NCBI RefSeq assembly: GCF_006345805.1
Contig: NC_043000.1
Coordinates: 160,642,001 to 160,706,000 of the forward strand
DNA from: Octopus sinensis
Taxonomy: Eukaryota
Reading direction: 5' to 3'
DNA: 64,000 nt
Part shown: one piece after another, positions 1 through 12,074 of the stretch
Layout of the letters: the number at the start of each line of letters is the position of its first letter
How positions within the stretch are numbered: position 1 is the first letter of the stretch
Program-made: the position numbers and the translations under genes
Notes under the pieces: model-generated
Told to the model about the DNA's origin: nothing
Databases searched by the model: none
The model's input: the letters and a program-made list of their open reading frames with translations, nothing else

Positions 1-142
1 TAACTTAAATACTGAAATTTTAAAATGTCATAACTACAGGCATGCCAATTGAATCTCAATACATATGCCGGTTACACACCGGCTGCCTTAAAGAATATTA
101 CTCTCTGCAATATCAAATGCACGCACAATGATGGGTGTCAGT

Positions 143-237
143 ATATACATACATACATACATACATACATAGATACATACATACATACATACATACATAC
201 ATACATACATACATACATACATAGATACATACATACG
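143..237. repeat. (TACA)n microsatellite
   Basis: Direct tetranucleotide tandem array with occasional TAGA units. Confidence 0.95.
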
Positions 238-240
238 TAG

Positions 241-560
241 AACCTTCAGAGCCTGAGAAACTTCAGAAGAAGTAACAAAGAAGCTATGTCGGTTCTATGA
301 AGGATATTTGTGCTCAGCCGTCTGGACTACCGCTCTCAATTGCGTTCATTGGATTGTGTCAAATTAATAGCAGAACTTGAGACAGTTCAGCGGTTCTAAA
401 CTAGGAATTTTCCATCGAGGGAACAGCTGAGCTAGTAGGAGAGACTGAAAGAGCTACGACTCTACTTCTTGGAGCTAAGACAGGAGAGGTATGCAGAGAT
501 GTATGTATAGGAGATCCCGGAGGGTCTGGCACAAAAGGTCGGTATGAGAGCTGTACCAGC
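241..560 (+). mobile_element. CR1/L2-group LINE, decayed C-terminal ORF2 fragment
   Basis: Frame +1 reads RIFVLSRLDYRSQL...ELETVQRF*TR...LS**ERLKELRLYFLELRQERY...EIPEGL, matching the typical CR1-type ORF2 end (SRLDYCSQLWSP...LE.VQR...SYWERLK.L.LYSLERRRERY); several stops. Confidence 0.75.
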
Positions 561-734
561 CCTAGAACAGGACATCATTGCACTGTTCCAAAGTTCCCAG
601 CTGTACAGTCTAGAGTGTGGACCGTGTACTGCAATAACTCTGGATTCAAGGGCCGACAGCAAATTGGTGCCTTGCGAAAAGATTTGAGGGAGACAGTTGA
701 AATATTAGGAAGGCATAAGATGCCCTATCCGTAA

Positions 735-1000
735 TGGAAGTAGCAAGATTAGATGATAAAACTTATAGTTTTGTCTCTCTAACCTCCCATGTCAGCAAAA
801 TCATGGAACGCATTGTGAAGAGGAAACTGATTGTTTTCCTTAAATATAATGGCTCGCTCCCTCGTATCCAGCATGGCTTCTGCTCAAGAAGAAGCTGCCT
901 TACAAAGCTTCAGCAGCATTATATGTAGGTGTTGAAACAATTGATGAATCACTAAAACTTGGATGGGAATAATCTCGATTTTAGAAAGTGGGTAAAAGTT
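735..1000 (+). mobile_element. non-LTR reverse transcriptase N-terminal fragment (CR1/Jockey-like), decayed
   Basis: VSLTSHVSKIMERIVK...QHGFCSRRSCLTKL...LDFRK matches RT subdomains 1-3 (ISLTS...ERIV, QHGF...RSCLT, LDF.KAFD). Confidence 0.75.
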
Positions 1001-1184
1001 TTCAAGAAACAAGTTGACCTCCATGGTCCCTAGATAAACCTATATCAAGGCAGGAAAAATCAAAAGGTGGGAGCACTGTTAACTTCCCTTCTCCACCAAA
1101 ACCCAATTACATAAGATTGGGTAGTGAAAAGGGCATTACACTGGCGGCGTTCCAGTATGGCCCAAGCTTATAAGAAATAAACGA

Positions 1185-1221
<37 letters not shown>

Positions 1222-1638
1222 ATATATTTGAGTAGTTGAATGAATTATCTTGTTATGGATAATTCGGTTAACCGATACCTGGGTAGCAAATTCACATCAT
1301 ATATATATATGGAATATATCATTAAAACATAAACGTAGAGTCGTTATAAGGTAATTGCTGTAGTGAAACCTTTTGTCCACCAAATCCGTTTTAACAATTC
1401 TATAATTATGTTTGTATTATAAATTCAGTGCTCTTAAGTGATGCCACATGTTTTGCCTGCTCGTTCTTTCTTGTATATATCAAACCGCTCAAACACAACA
1501 CCGTTCTTTCAGTCGCAGTTGAAGTCAGAGTTTTAGCCATAAACCTACCTGAATACTTCTTGTTTTTGCCTATTACAATACGTCGCTTTATGCAATTTTA
1601 TCTGTATGCTCTCTCTCTCTCTCTGTAAATGCATATAT

Positions 1639-1684
<46 letters not shown>

Positions 1685-1975
1685 AGCCAAACGCTCGCCG
1701 TCCAATGGACGGTATTGAGTTGTCGAACGTTTAAACCAAATTTTCTCAAAACAACTTGTCCGACTGTCCCGTAGGACTCCCCTTTCACAAACACTGATTT
1801 AACCTAAATTTGAGACACCAGCAAAAGACGGATTTCGACTGATGTACTTGCGCGTACAAATGCACGTTCACACGGCTTTATCGATCGTATTCTCACCTGG
1901 AATCGATTTTGTAATTTTTTCAAGACTTATACACGCCCTGATACCGTAGGGATCTACATATCGAATTTGAGCGCG

Positions 1976-2014
<39 letters not shown>

Positions 2015-2019
2015 ACACA

Positions 2020-2188
2020 GGCGTAGGAGTGGATGTGTGGTAAGTAGCTTGTTTACCAACTACATGGTTCCGGGTTCAGTCCAACTGCGAGGCACCTTGG
2101 GCAAATGTCTTCTACTATAGCCTGACCGACCAAAGCCTTGTGAGTGGATATGGTAGGCGATAAATGAAAGAAGCCCGTCCCATATATA
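2020..2188 (+). mobile_element. tRNA-derived SINE family A, 5' half (interrupted copy)
   Basis: Matches the complete copies at 20057 and 29432; A-box-like TGGNTGTGTGG and B-box-like GGTTCAGTCC; ends in the internal (TA)n where the mariner sits. Confidence 0.9.
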
Positions 2189-3478
2189 CGAGGGTCGTTC
2201 AATAAGTAATGCCCCTCACCCACTTCCCAATGCAGTAGAGCAACGAAACTTGGCACAGTTATTAGTCTTTTTCTACATAGGAACTACCCAGAGTTACGCA
2301 TTTCTCCCATCGTTTGATGCAGCTCTGGAGACCGTTTTTGTAGATGAATCCAGCTTGGTCCTCCAACCACGATTTGACTTCAGAAATCAAGGCTGCATCA
2401 TCTGGGAAACGCTTTCCTTTGCAAAACAACCTCATGGCTGGGAAGAGGTGAACATCAGAGAGTGCAAGGTCAGGAGAGTAGGGGGGATGGGGGAGGAGTT
2501 CATAGCCGCACGCCTGTGCTTCTGATCTGGCGACACGCGAGTTGTGGACCGGAGCGTTGTCCTGCAAGAGGAGGATGCCTTTGCTGATATTGCCCCGCCT
2601 CTTGATTTTGATAGCTTCTCTTAATTTCCTCAAAAGTGAAGCATAATAGGCTCCTGTAATTGTGGTACCCTCTGCCAGGAAATCTGTCATCACTACTCCG
2701 TCCTGGTCCCAGAAGAATGTGAGCATGACCTTGCCAGCGGAGGCTGCACCCTTGCCTTCTTTGGAGGAGGTGAGTCACGGTGCTTCCAATGCATTGACTG
2801 GGCTTTGGTCTCTGGATCATAGTGATGGACCCAGGTTTCATACTGTGTAATCAGTCTTTTGAAAAATTTTGACTCATCTTCTTGGCACATCTCCAAATTC
2901 ATCCTCGAGCACTCGACACGTTCTTGCTTCTGGAAAGGTGCGAGCAACCTGGGAATCCATCTGGCAGACACCTTTTGCATATGCAAATGGTCATGAATGA
3001 TAGTTTCCACAGACCGGTACTAATCTTGACCTCATGGGCTATTTGGCGAATAGTTATGCGTCGATCTTCCAAAATGGCAGCCTCAACTTGACGGACAGAT
3101 GCCTCATCAATGGCAGAAGGGGGACGACCAGATCTGGGAGCTGTTTCCACAGAGTTCCGACCATGTTTGAATTCACGATGCCAGCGTTTTACAAGGTCAT
3201 ATGATGGGGCATCATCACCATAAGTTACTTTCATTTCATCAAAAGTCGCCCGTGGTGTGCGTCCTTTCAAATACAAAAACCAGATCACTGCTCGACACTC
3301 AACAGGCTCCATTTCACACTTGACTCGGTTCAAACACCTGTAAATCAGAAACCACAATTAGTTCAGAGCTATAATTTTCCACTTAATCTATAGAGATAGA
3401 AATAATTGCACATGCAAACTTTCAGCTAGATCAAACAACTGCAAGTGGGTCAGAGGCATTACTTATTGAACGCCCCTC

Positions 3479-3479
<1 letters not shown>
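2189..3479 (-). mobile_element. Full-length mariner (D,D34D) DNA transposon, 1291 bp, non-autonomous
   Basis: TIRs CGAGGGTCGTTCAATAAGTAATGCCCCT (left) and AGAGGCATTACTTATTGAACGCCCCTCG (right); TA at 2187-2188 and 3480-3481; transposase split over three overlapping ORFs. Confidence 0.97.
2262..3312 (-). pseudogene. mariner transposase, two frameshifts
   Basis: MEPVECRAVIWFL...RSGRP (HTH), KVSARWIPRLL, ITQYETWVHHYDP (first catalytic D reads Y), LLQDNAPVH and YSPDLALSDVHLF, with 34 residues between the last two aspartates. Confidence 0.93.
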
Positions 3480-3566
<87 letters not shown>

Positions 3567-3568
<2 letters not shown>

Positions 3569-3869
3569 AGGCGCAATGGCCCAGTGGTTAGGGCAGCGGA
3601 CTCGCGGTCGTAGGATCGCGATTTCGATTCCCAGACCGGGCGTTGTGAGTGTTTATTGTGCGAAAACACCTAAAGCTCCACGAAGCTCCGGCAGAGGGTG
3701 GTAGCGATCCCTGCTGTACTCTGTCGCCACAACTCTCTCACTCTTTCTTCTGTTGGCCTGCTCGCTTAGCCAACGGGCTGGCGTCATTTGAAGGCTAAAA
3801 AACAATGCGAAGCGCATTGTGACCAGCGATGTGTAGCAACATCTGTTAGCCTCGTCGGTCACGGTGATA
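3567..3869 (+). mobile_element. tRNA-derived SINE family B
   Basis: Head GGCGCAATGGCCCAGTGGTTAGGGCAGCGGACTCGCGG...TTTCGATTCCC (A and B boxes); same head as the minus-strand copy ending at 44476. Confidence 0.9.
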
Positions 3870-3922
3870 TATATATATGTATCAAACACACACAAATATA
3901 TACATATATATATATATATATA

Positions 3923-4107
3923 TTTGCGTGTGTTTGTGCGTCTGTGTTTCTCCCCCCAACATCGCTTGACAACCGATGCTGGTTTTTTTAAGTTCCCGTA
4001 ACCTAGCGGTTCGGCAAAAGATACCGATAGAATAAGTACTAGGCTTACAAAGAATCAATCCTGGGGTTGATTTTCTCGACTAAAGGCTGTGCTCCAGCAT
4101 GGCCGCA
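3923..4107 (+). mobile_element. SINE family A, 3' half (continuation of 2020-2188)
   Basis: GTCTGTGTTT.TCCCC...GACAACCGATGCTGG...GCGGTTCGGCAAAAGA.ACCGATAGAATAAGTACT...GCTCCAGCATGGCCGCA matches the intact copies. Confidence 0.9.
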
Positions 4108-4197
4108 TATATATGTATGCATGTATGTACATATATATGTACATACACACATATACGCATATATACCGATACGGACATGTACATTTATTTATCTACA

Positions 4198-4260
<63 letters not shown>

Positions 4261-5142
4261 TATATATATATAAATGCATGCACACTTTCTTTTCTATATA
4301 TTTTATACTTGCTTCCAGTTTTGTTCCCTAACTCCACTACATCACGTGTGTGTGTGGGTGGGTGTGTGTGTGCTTCAAAATGCTTATGCATACAAACTAC
4401 GCAAGCGCATAGCATCACCGAATGCCATTTAAATAGCTTTACAAAGTTTTAAATCGACAGGCATTTAAAATGATATAAGTAAAGAAAAAACTTTAGATAA
4501 TAGTAAAAAAAACTCTTATATATCAATGATTATGAAAGGATTCAGTTATTTATTTCTTCTTATACTCCTTATAATAACAACCCGAAATCTCCCAAGGAAA
4601 TGATGTTGCAAACGTTTATATCTTTCCTCGTGTCACAGAAGAGGCCAATTTATCTGGCATATAAATATTGATGTAATGAAAACTCCAGAGTGAAAGTATT
4701 TTTTTCTTTATATAACTCAGGAGTAATATTACAATAACGATTATTCAAGTTTTCAGCGATTCTAGCATTTGAAGAGCCCTTAAAATACTGCTGGTTAATT
4801 CTGATTTTCTTTCACTCCACCGCTTATTAGAGCGTTTTTACTTTCATGTGTGTGTGTGTGTGTGTATGTGTGTGTGCATGTGTCTTTGTACTTGTATACA
4901 CACACACACACACAAGATGCGTACGTGCACACAGACTCAAATCCCCCCACACACACACACACACTCATATATGAGGGAGAGAGAGACAGAGAAAGGGAAA
5001 TAGAGGCAGAGGAGAGTTAAGATGCATAACATTTTCTACAGATTTTACCTTGGAATATAAAAATACAGACTTCTCAAAACAAAAGCTGTATACATTCTCT
5101 CTTTTGCCCTTCTCTATCCCTCAATTTCTTTCTTCCTTTCTC

Positions 5143-5174
<32 letters not shown>

Positions 5175-5889
5175 ACGCTCTCACCCTTTGTGTATTTGTA
5201 TGTCTATCTATTCATCTATCTCTGTGTGTCTGCGTGTGTATTTATGTTATTCTGTGAGTATGCATGCCGTGTATATGCGTACGTCTATGTATACATGTAA
5301 TCAATATGAAATAACTCAAGTGTTTACACTATCATTAGTTCTCTAGTTATTACATCTTGTCCAAAAAATGTTCTTCCGACAGAAATATTGCATTTTATTG
5401 TATATAATTATCTGAAACTATTGGGAACAAAATTTTAATTTCTGGATATGAAAGCCCAACTGACAGTCAAATTTTTAATTCCAAAATCGTGCACTGCAGG
5501 TTTATACAATACCTACTTTGAAATAAACAAGTTTGTTGTAATGCCTTCAAAACTGTTTTTTCTCGTATCGACATAGTTCTAGTGATGAATCCCCCAACAA
5601 ATTGATAGGTTTCATCTAATGTCTACATACAAATGTACACAACGACACACACCAATTCAGAAACTTACGTATAAACAAAGCACGTATTTGTGTGTGAGTG
5701 TGAGTGCATAGTATTTATGCATAACTACATAAAAATGCCTTGTGTTATGCTATATTATGTAATCTATGTATGTATATATGTCATTATTCAGTTTATTTCA
5801 AGATTTATTGACAATAAAGAAAGAACTGGTTTCTAACGTAGATCTTCCTTCATTGGAATTTCAACATCAATAACAAGGTATTTTATGTA

Positions 5890-6222
5890 TTTATGCATGC
5901 ATGCATGCATGTATGTATGTATGTATGTATGTATGTATGTATGTATGTATGTATGTATGTATGTATGCATGTATGCATGTAGGTAGGAAGGTAGGTAGGT
6001 AGGTAGGTATGTAGGTCGGTAGGTAGATAGTTAGGTAGGTAGGTAGGTAGGTAGGTAGATAGGTAGGTAGGTAGGTAGATAGGTAGGTAGGTAGATAGAT
6101 AGGTAGGTTGGTAGGTAGGTAGGTAGGTAGGTAGGTAGGTAGGTAGGTAGGAAGGTAGGTAGGTAGGTAGGTGGGCGGGTAGGTAGGTAGGTAGGTAGGT
6201 AGGTAGGTAGGTAGGTAGGTAG
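5890..6222. repeat. compound (TATG)n / (TAGG)n microsatellite
   Basis: Direct tandem arrays. Confidence 0.95.
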
Positions 6223-6733
6223 CTGTAGATTTGAATGTTTTATGTATGTATTCTCATGCATATAGTTGCATATGATAAACTTCTGGAAAGTTTTACAGAT
6301 TTTACAGTTCCAGTGATGGACTAGATCTGTAGTCTTTGAATAAGCTTTCTCCTGCGCAACGTAAGGGATCTCGTATTTGATAGCTCAAAATACTACAGAT
6401 AGAGAGGAATTCAACACCATCCTATCCTTATGAAATCTATAAAACCACTATTTATATCATCCTTTCACTTTGACCGCTTCCTCAGTGTAAGTGGTGGCGA
6501 GGTCCCACTTACGATAAAATCATGACAGAAATGAAGTTAAATACGCATTGTATTCGAGTATGACGTGCATTTAAATGAAATCAAACAGCAGTACCTAATA
6601 ACTGTCATTCATATCTATATCCTTACGTTTAAAAGGAGACGATAGGTATGCTGAAATAGATCTATTTACTAGATAGATTAATCAGCTTAAAATAATTCTT
6701 CTATTCCTTACTACTTCTTTCCTTCTCCCTCTC

Positions 6734-6768
<35 letters not shown>

Positions 6769-6775
6769 ATAATTA

Positions 6776-6985
6776 TACTCTTACTCTTTTACTTGTTCCA
6801 GTCATTTGACTGTGGCCATGCTGGAGCAGCGCTTTTAGTTGAACAAATCGACCCCGAGATTTATTCTTTGTAAGCCTAGAACTTATTCCATCGGTATCAC
6901 TTGCCGAAACGCTAGTTTACAGGGACGTAAACACACTAGCATCGATTGTCAAGCGCTGGTGGGGGACACACACAGACACACAAAT
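6776..6985 (-). mobile_element. SINE family A, 3' half
   Basis: Reverse complement of the family A tail (TACTCTTTTACTTGTT.CAGTCATTTGACTG.GGCCATGCTGGAGCA). Confidence 0.9.
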
Positions 6986-7082
6986 GCATAGACCCAAGTA
7001 CATATATATATATAAATACATATATATAAATATATGCATATATATATATACATATATAAATATATGCACACACACACACACA

Positions 7083-7143
<61 letters not shown>

Positions 7144-7761
7144 GAAAATGAATGTAATAACATCGGGAGTAACTCTAATTTGAAGTTAGAGTTACCACTT
7201 TCACTTACACCGCCGGTGACTAAAAACAAATTCAATACACACGTGCGATGAAATGCGCTTTGTCAAACACAGAAACTCACACCAGAATAATATTCACCCC
7301 GCTCGAATTTCCAACAAAACTAACATGTCTATTGCTACGTAACCTCTCCCGAACGAAATTACCAGCTCAAGACCAAAATTTAATATAAGACTTACTAGCT
7401 TTCCTTCTATTACCATAACATACGTATCAATTATTTTCACATTCTTACCGATTTAGCTATTTTCGCATTCTGAATAGATTTACTAAAACTAGTAAATCGA
7501 AACGATCGTAAATGCTACCCTCACCTCTGCTTCCTTCTTCTTTTTTTCTAATTAAATTAAAGGCATACCAGCTAAAACGACGATCTCCACTTTTTATTAC
7601 ATCCATTTTATTCTCCTATATAACCTAAACTATGGTCTACCAACCGAACAACCTGCTACCGTACAACTTTACAAAAGACTGTACCTACCCAAGTAATAAC
7701 CAGGAGGGACTTTGGATTAATTATCCTTTCGAGGTATTAAACTCCTCTAACTGATACCTAC

Positions 7762-7808
<47 letters not shown>

Positions 7809-7809
7809 A

Positions 7810-8089
<280 letters not shown>

Positions 8090-8309
8090 AGAAAGACTTT
8101 GTGAAAATTAATAATCTTTATAAATATCAAAGAGATTTAAAAAAAAAATTAATTATAAAATATTTCATCAGGATGTTACAAACTTTTGGAATAATTTTTT
8201 TTCCTTGTGTGTGTGAACGCTTTCGATTAACCTGCTATATATATATATATATATAAAAGCATACTGGGAGAAAGGAAAGAAATATATATATTACATATAT
8301 GTGTATATT

Positions 8310-8515
8310 TGTGTGCCTGTGTTTGTTCCCACCAACTATCATTTCACAAACCATGCTGGTGAGTTTACGTCTCCGTAACTTCGCAGTTCGGCAAAAGATT
8401 CCGATAGAATAAATACTGGTCTTACAAGTAATAAATCCTGGGATCAATTTCTTCGAATAAGGCGGTGCTCCAGTATGGCCGCAGTCAAATGACTGAAACA
8501 AACAACAGAATAAAA
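8310..8515 (+). mobile_element. SINE family A, diverged 3' half
   Basis: GTTCGGCAAAAGA..CCGATAGAATAA...GGCGGTGCTCCAGTATGGCCGCAGTCAAATGACTGAAACAA. Confidence 0.85.
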
Positions 8516-9214
8516 AAATGTATATTTATACATTAGGGATTGAAAAACATGGGAGAATAAAAATGTCACTGATCCATGTGAAAAACTGGGATGAGGGAAT
8601 GCGATGTGAGAAATACAGGAATCGACAAACTACAAATATGAAGTTATTCACCAATCTATTGATTTCGTTACAGTTGTAGAAAGTTCCACGGGATGTATGT
8701 AAAATATGTGTAAAAATTATGTAGATGTATGTAAAAATTGTAAGGTAAATGCCAACTGCAATAATCCATTGAAAAATTATTGGGTTTCTACAATGAATTT
8801 AATGTAATTAAATATAATTAATTTGAATTAAATTAGATGAAATAGTTAAGGGATAGAGTGAAAGCTACTTTGATAATTTAAGAAGCAGGTGGCAGAATCC
8901 ATAACTGAACACAGGCATTAATCTAAGTTAGTTGTAGGTAAACTGTTTATATTGGTTTTTGTATGGACTATTGAGTCAGCCACTTATAACTGTTACATAT
9001 ATTCACCAGGTTGAGTCAAGAGTCTTTTTTCGAATTTTCACTGATGCTTTTTGACAACTTATACTTCCATGTTGTATCGTTAATTTGATACTATTTTTTG
9101 TCCAATCGCTGCCGAATTGTTCATTCTCTATTTTCACATATAACATATAAACATTAATTTCTTATTCTTTATTTTACAGCTTTGATACTGAGTGGTGAAA
9201 AATTTTCAATCATG

Positions 9215-9458
9215 GGCGCAGGAGTGGCTGTGTGGTAAGTAGCTTGGTTACTAACCACATGGTTCCGGGTTCAGTCCCACTGCATGGCACCTTGGGCAAG
9301 TGTCTTTTACTATAGCCTCGGGCCGACCAAAGCCTTGTGAGTGGATTTGGTTGACGTGTGTAGACGTGTGTGTGTCTGTGTTTGTCCCCCAAACATCGCT
9401 TGACGACCTATACTGGTGTGTTTACGTACCCGTAACTTAGCAGTTCGGCAAAAGAGAA
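9215..9458 (+). mobile_element. SINE family A, 3'-truncated
   Basis: Head GGCGCAGGAGTGGCTGTGTGGTAAG through GTTCGGCAAAAGAG. Confidence 0.9.
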
Positions 9459-9469
9459 CATGTGGAAAA

Positions 9470-10370
9470 AACTACTAAGCACAATGTCAGCACAAAAGAA
9501 CATGATAATCTGGAAGCCCCAGGAAATATCAACGAACGTGTGGTACAAAAGTGATTTAGCCGTGCATAGGAAGGTGACAACAGTTTAAAAGACAAATCTA
9601 AGTTAGATGAGGCTTTGCTTGAAATGGCTGAACAATGGCCAAGCGTAATGTCTGGTATGTTGTCGGCAGAAATTGCTCCTTCCCAAGACCCTTACAATCC
9701 ATGCTTCCAGTTTTCTAAACATCTCAGGCTTGTGAACAGATGGTGTCAAGAAGATCTTCATGCAATGACTAGGCGCTATGACATGTGAACATATGCAAAC
9801 AATTTCGGGTAAATATTGGAGATGTCCACTCTTGGCGTTAAATGTGGATGAAAAATGGATCTATTTTCGTTATACTAATCAGGGAGATAAGTTGCTTCAT
9901 TCCGATCGGGTTTGAGAACCTTTGCTAAACAAAGGCGGTTTGGATACAAGGTCATATTGTGTATTGGTGGAATTTGCAATGGTTGTTGCACTTTGAGCTT
10001 GTCTCAGATGCTGAAAATCTACTGCCAATATATGATTCTTTGAAAGCCCTACCTGGAATTGGTCTATCAAAGACGACCTCTCTTGCAAAATGACAATGCT
10101 TAAGCACACACTGTGAATGTGACCACGTGATATCATGGAGAACTTGAGGGTTGCAATTGCTGCCTCACCCTGCCTACAATACATACCTTGTACCAGCAGA
10201 TTACCACTTTTCCCAGCCAATTCTCATCTCCTGCACAGTAGGAGATTCAACAATAGGCTAGGAATAAGTGCATGGCTCTTTAGCCTCTAATCCAGCAAAA
10301 GAGTTTAAGTGTCGGAATTGAGTTACTAGGACAATAATAGAATATGATGGGATGTATTTTGATGAATAGA
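9470..10370 (+). pseudogene. old mariner transposase remnant
   Basis: Frame-hopping motifs: NERVVQK*FSR..EGDNSLKD (HTH), VDEKWIYF, VILCI.W, LLQNDNA, LPHPAY...DYHF, IIEYDGMYFDE*. Confidence 0.75.
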
Positions 10371-11444
10371 CGCTTTTCGAATCTAATTTGTTTGAACTAC
10401 TAATGACATCTTGAAATACAAAGAGATACACGGAATAGAACTTACCGATTCTTTCTTCTTTTAACATACTTCCAAAATGCTTTCCTGTCTCAACTTCAAT
10501 AAATACCACACTTCCTTAGATTCAGTTAGTAAATATATAGCACTAATTCTCTTTCCTGTATTTTCACTGGAATGGCATACTTTTATACTTGCTGACATCT
10601 TGACCTTTCAGGGCGCTGAAATTAGGAAAGTAATTTGATATGTCAGTTCTCTATAATCTCCGTCTAGCGAATTATCTGGATGAACCATTCTTTATGTTTA
10701 TAACTCTAAGACAACGCAATCTACTTCCATCAGTATATATGTTTGTTGGGAACATACCATAATAATACCAGTGTCAGAAAAGAAGGGCTGAGAACCACTT
10801 GTTTTATAAATTATTTGATTTAGTAACTACTTAATTAATCAATTTATGAATATTGCACATAAACCAATGCAGAGCTCAGAAACACTTCTAAACGATCGTA
10901 ACCTTGTATAAAAATCACGAAATAATTTGCATATTTCGTCTAATTGCTCTCTTTATCTCTATATCTCTCTCCCTCTTTCTCTCTCCCCCTTCTCTCTCCC
11001 TTTATGAAAGCATGTATATATGTATGTGTATGAGTGTGCGCGCGCGTGGGTGTAAGTGTATACGTACATACACACACATATATATATATAATTCCAAATA
11101 CATACATATACGCACACACACACATATGTATATGTATATATATGGTCCAAAATTACAAAAAAATCAAAGAGAATGTGATTGATTTCTATCACACTTTTTA
11201 CCTTCCCACTGCAGCCTCATCAACTTTTACTGAGAATTTTCAACTCTCTTCTGGAGATTGTAGGACTCCCGATCAAATGTTCGAATTTCGATGCCGCTGA
11301 CGCCCGGTTTACCGTTACACTGTATTATTTTTACGACAACGAATATGACATCGTCTTTTAGATATTGGTGTTTTTATAAAATCAATATGTTACCATTTTT
11401 ACCCCTCCGCAAAAAAATCTCAAATTTAATTTGCTTTTTGCGGG

Positions 11445-11700
11445 AAGGAATGTTTCACCGAAGTCGTGTCTCGCCTTGACCTTTGAAACGTGGAGTAGAT
11501 GAAACAGAAGCGACTGAAGAAGGGGTATTTTCCTTGTGTTGTATGTCCTGTACTCTATGTTTTCGTTGTTTAAGAAAAATGTCCATTTCCTTGGTTTTGT
11601 GTTTATGTTTTCGTTTCTCATTGTGTTCGACGTTTTTTGGTGTCCTGTACTCATATATGCATGTATATATACATGTAGATGTAGGTACGTACATATATGT
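11445..11700 (+). mobile_element. Penelope-like terminal-repeat fragment, family P1 copy 1
   Basis: Homologous to 15046-15290 and 16375-16640; carries hammerhead core motifs; ends in a (TA)-rich tract. PLE assignment is inferred because no RT is visible. Confidence 0.6.
11465..11525 (+). ncRNA. rearranged hammerhead-ribozyme-like motif (strand order GUC, GAAA, CUGAAGA)
   Basis: cgtGTC-tcgc (11465-11474), ccttt-GAAA-cgtg (11480-11492), gcga-CTGAAGA-agggg (11510-11525); all three stems pair in canonical register. Confidence 0.65.
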
Positions 11701-11739
11701 ATGTATATATGCATATGTTTTATTTATTAATTTGTTATT

Positions 11740-11786
<47 letters not shown>

Positions 11787-12036
11787 TATATTTAACGCAA
11801 AAAACAAAAAAGACAGCATAATATTAAGAATATATTTTGAAACAATGTAAGAAAATAAAATGAAAATGAAAGTTTTATATATCATTTAAACGCTAAAGGC
11901 ATTTTCAAAATCTTACTGTTTATATGCTTGCCCGTTATACATACATATATGCTTACATGGAGACATAATATGCATACATACAATATATATACATATACAC
12001 ATACATATATTTATATGTGTATGTGTGTGTGTGTGT

Positions 12037-12074
<38 letters not shown>

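Noticed and set aside
3567-3645. tRNA-like sequences at SINE heads
   Set aside because: They continue into SINE bodies and lack a complete cloverleaf and terminator; not tRNA genes.
7705-7760. Minus-strand GAG...CTC-GAAA with a GGAT/ATCC palindrome
   Set aside because: No CUGANGA and no UH after the palindrome.
8540-8770. Cys-rich peptide (TGCM*NMCKNYVDVCKNCKVNANCNNP) like a CXC tail
   Set aside because: Too degraded, and not linkable in orientation to any upstream domain.
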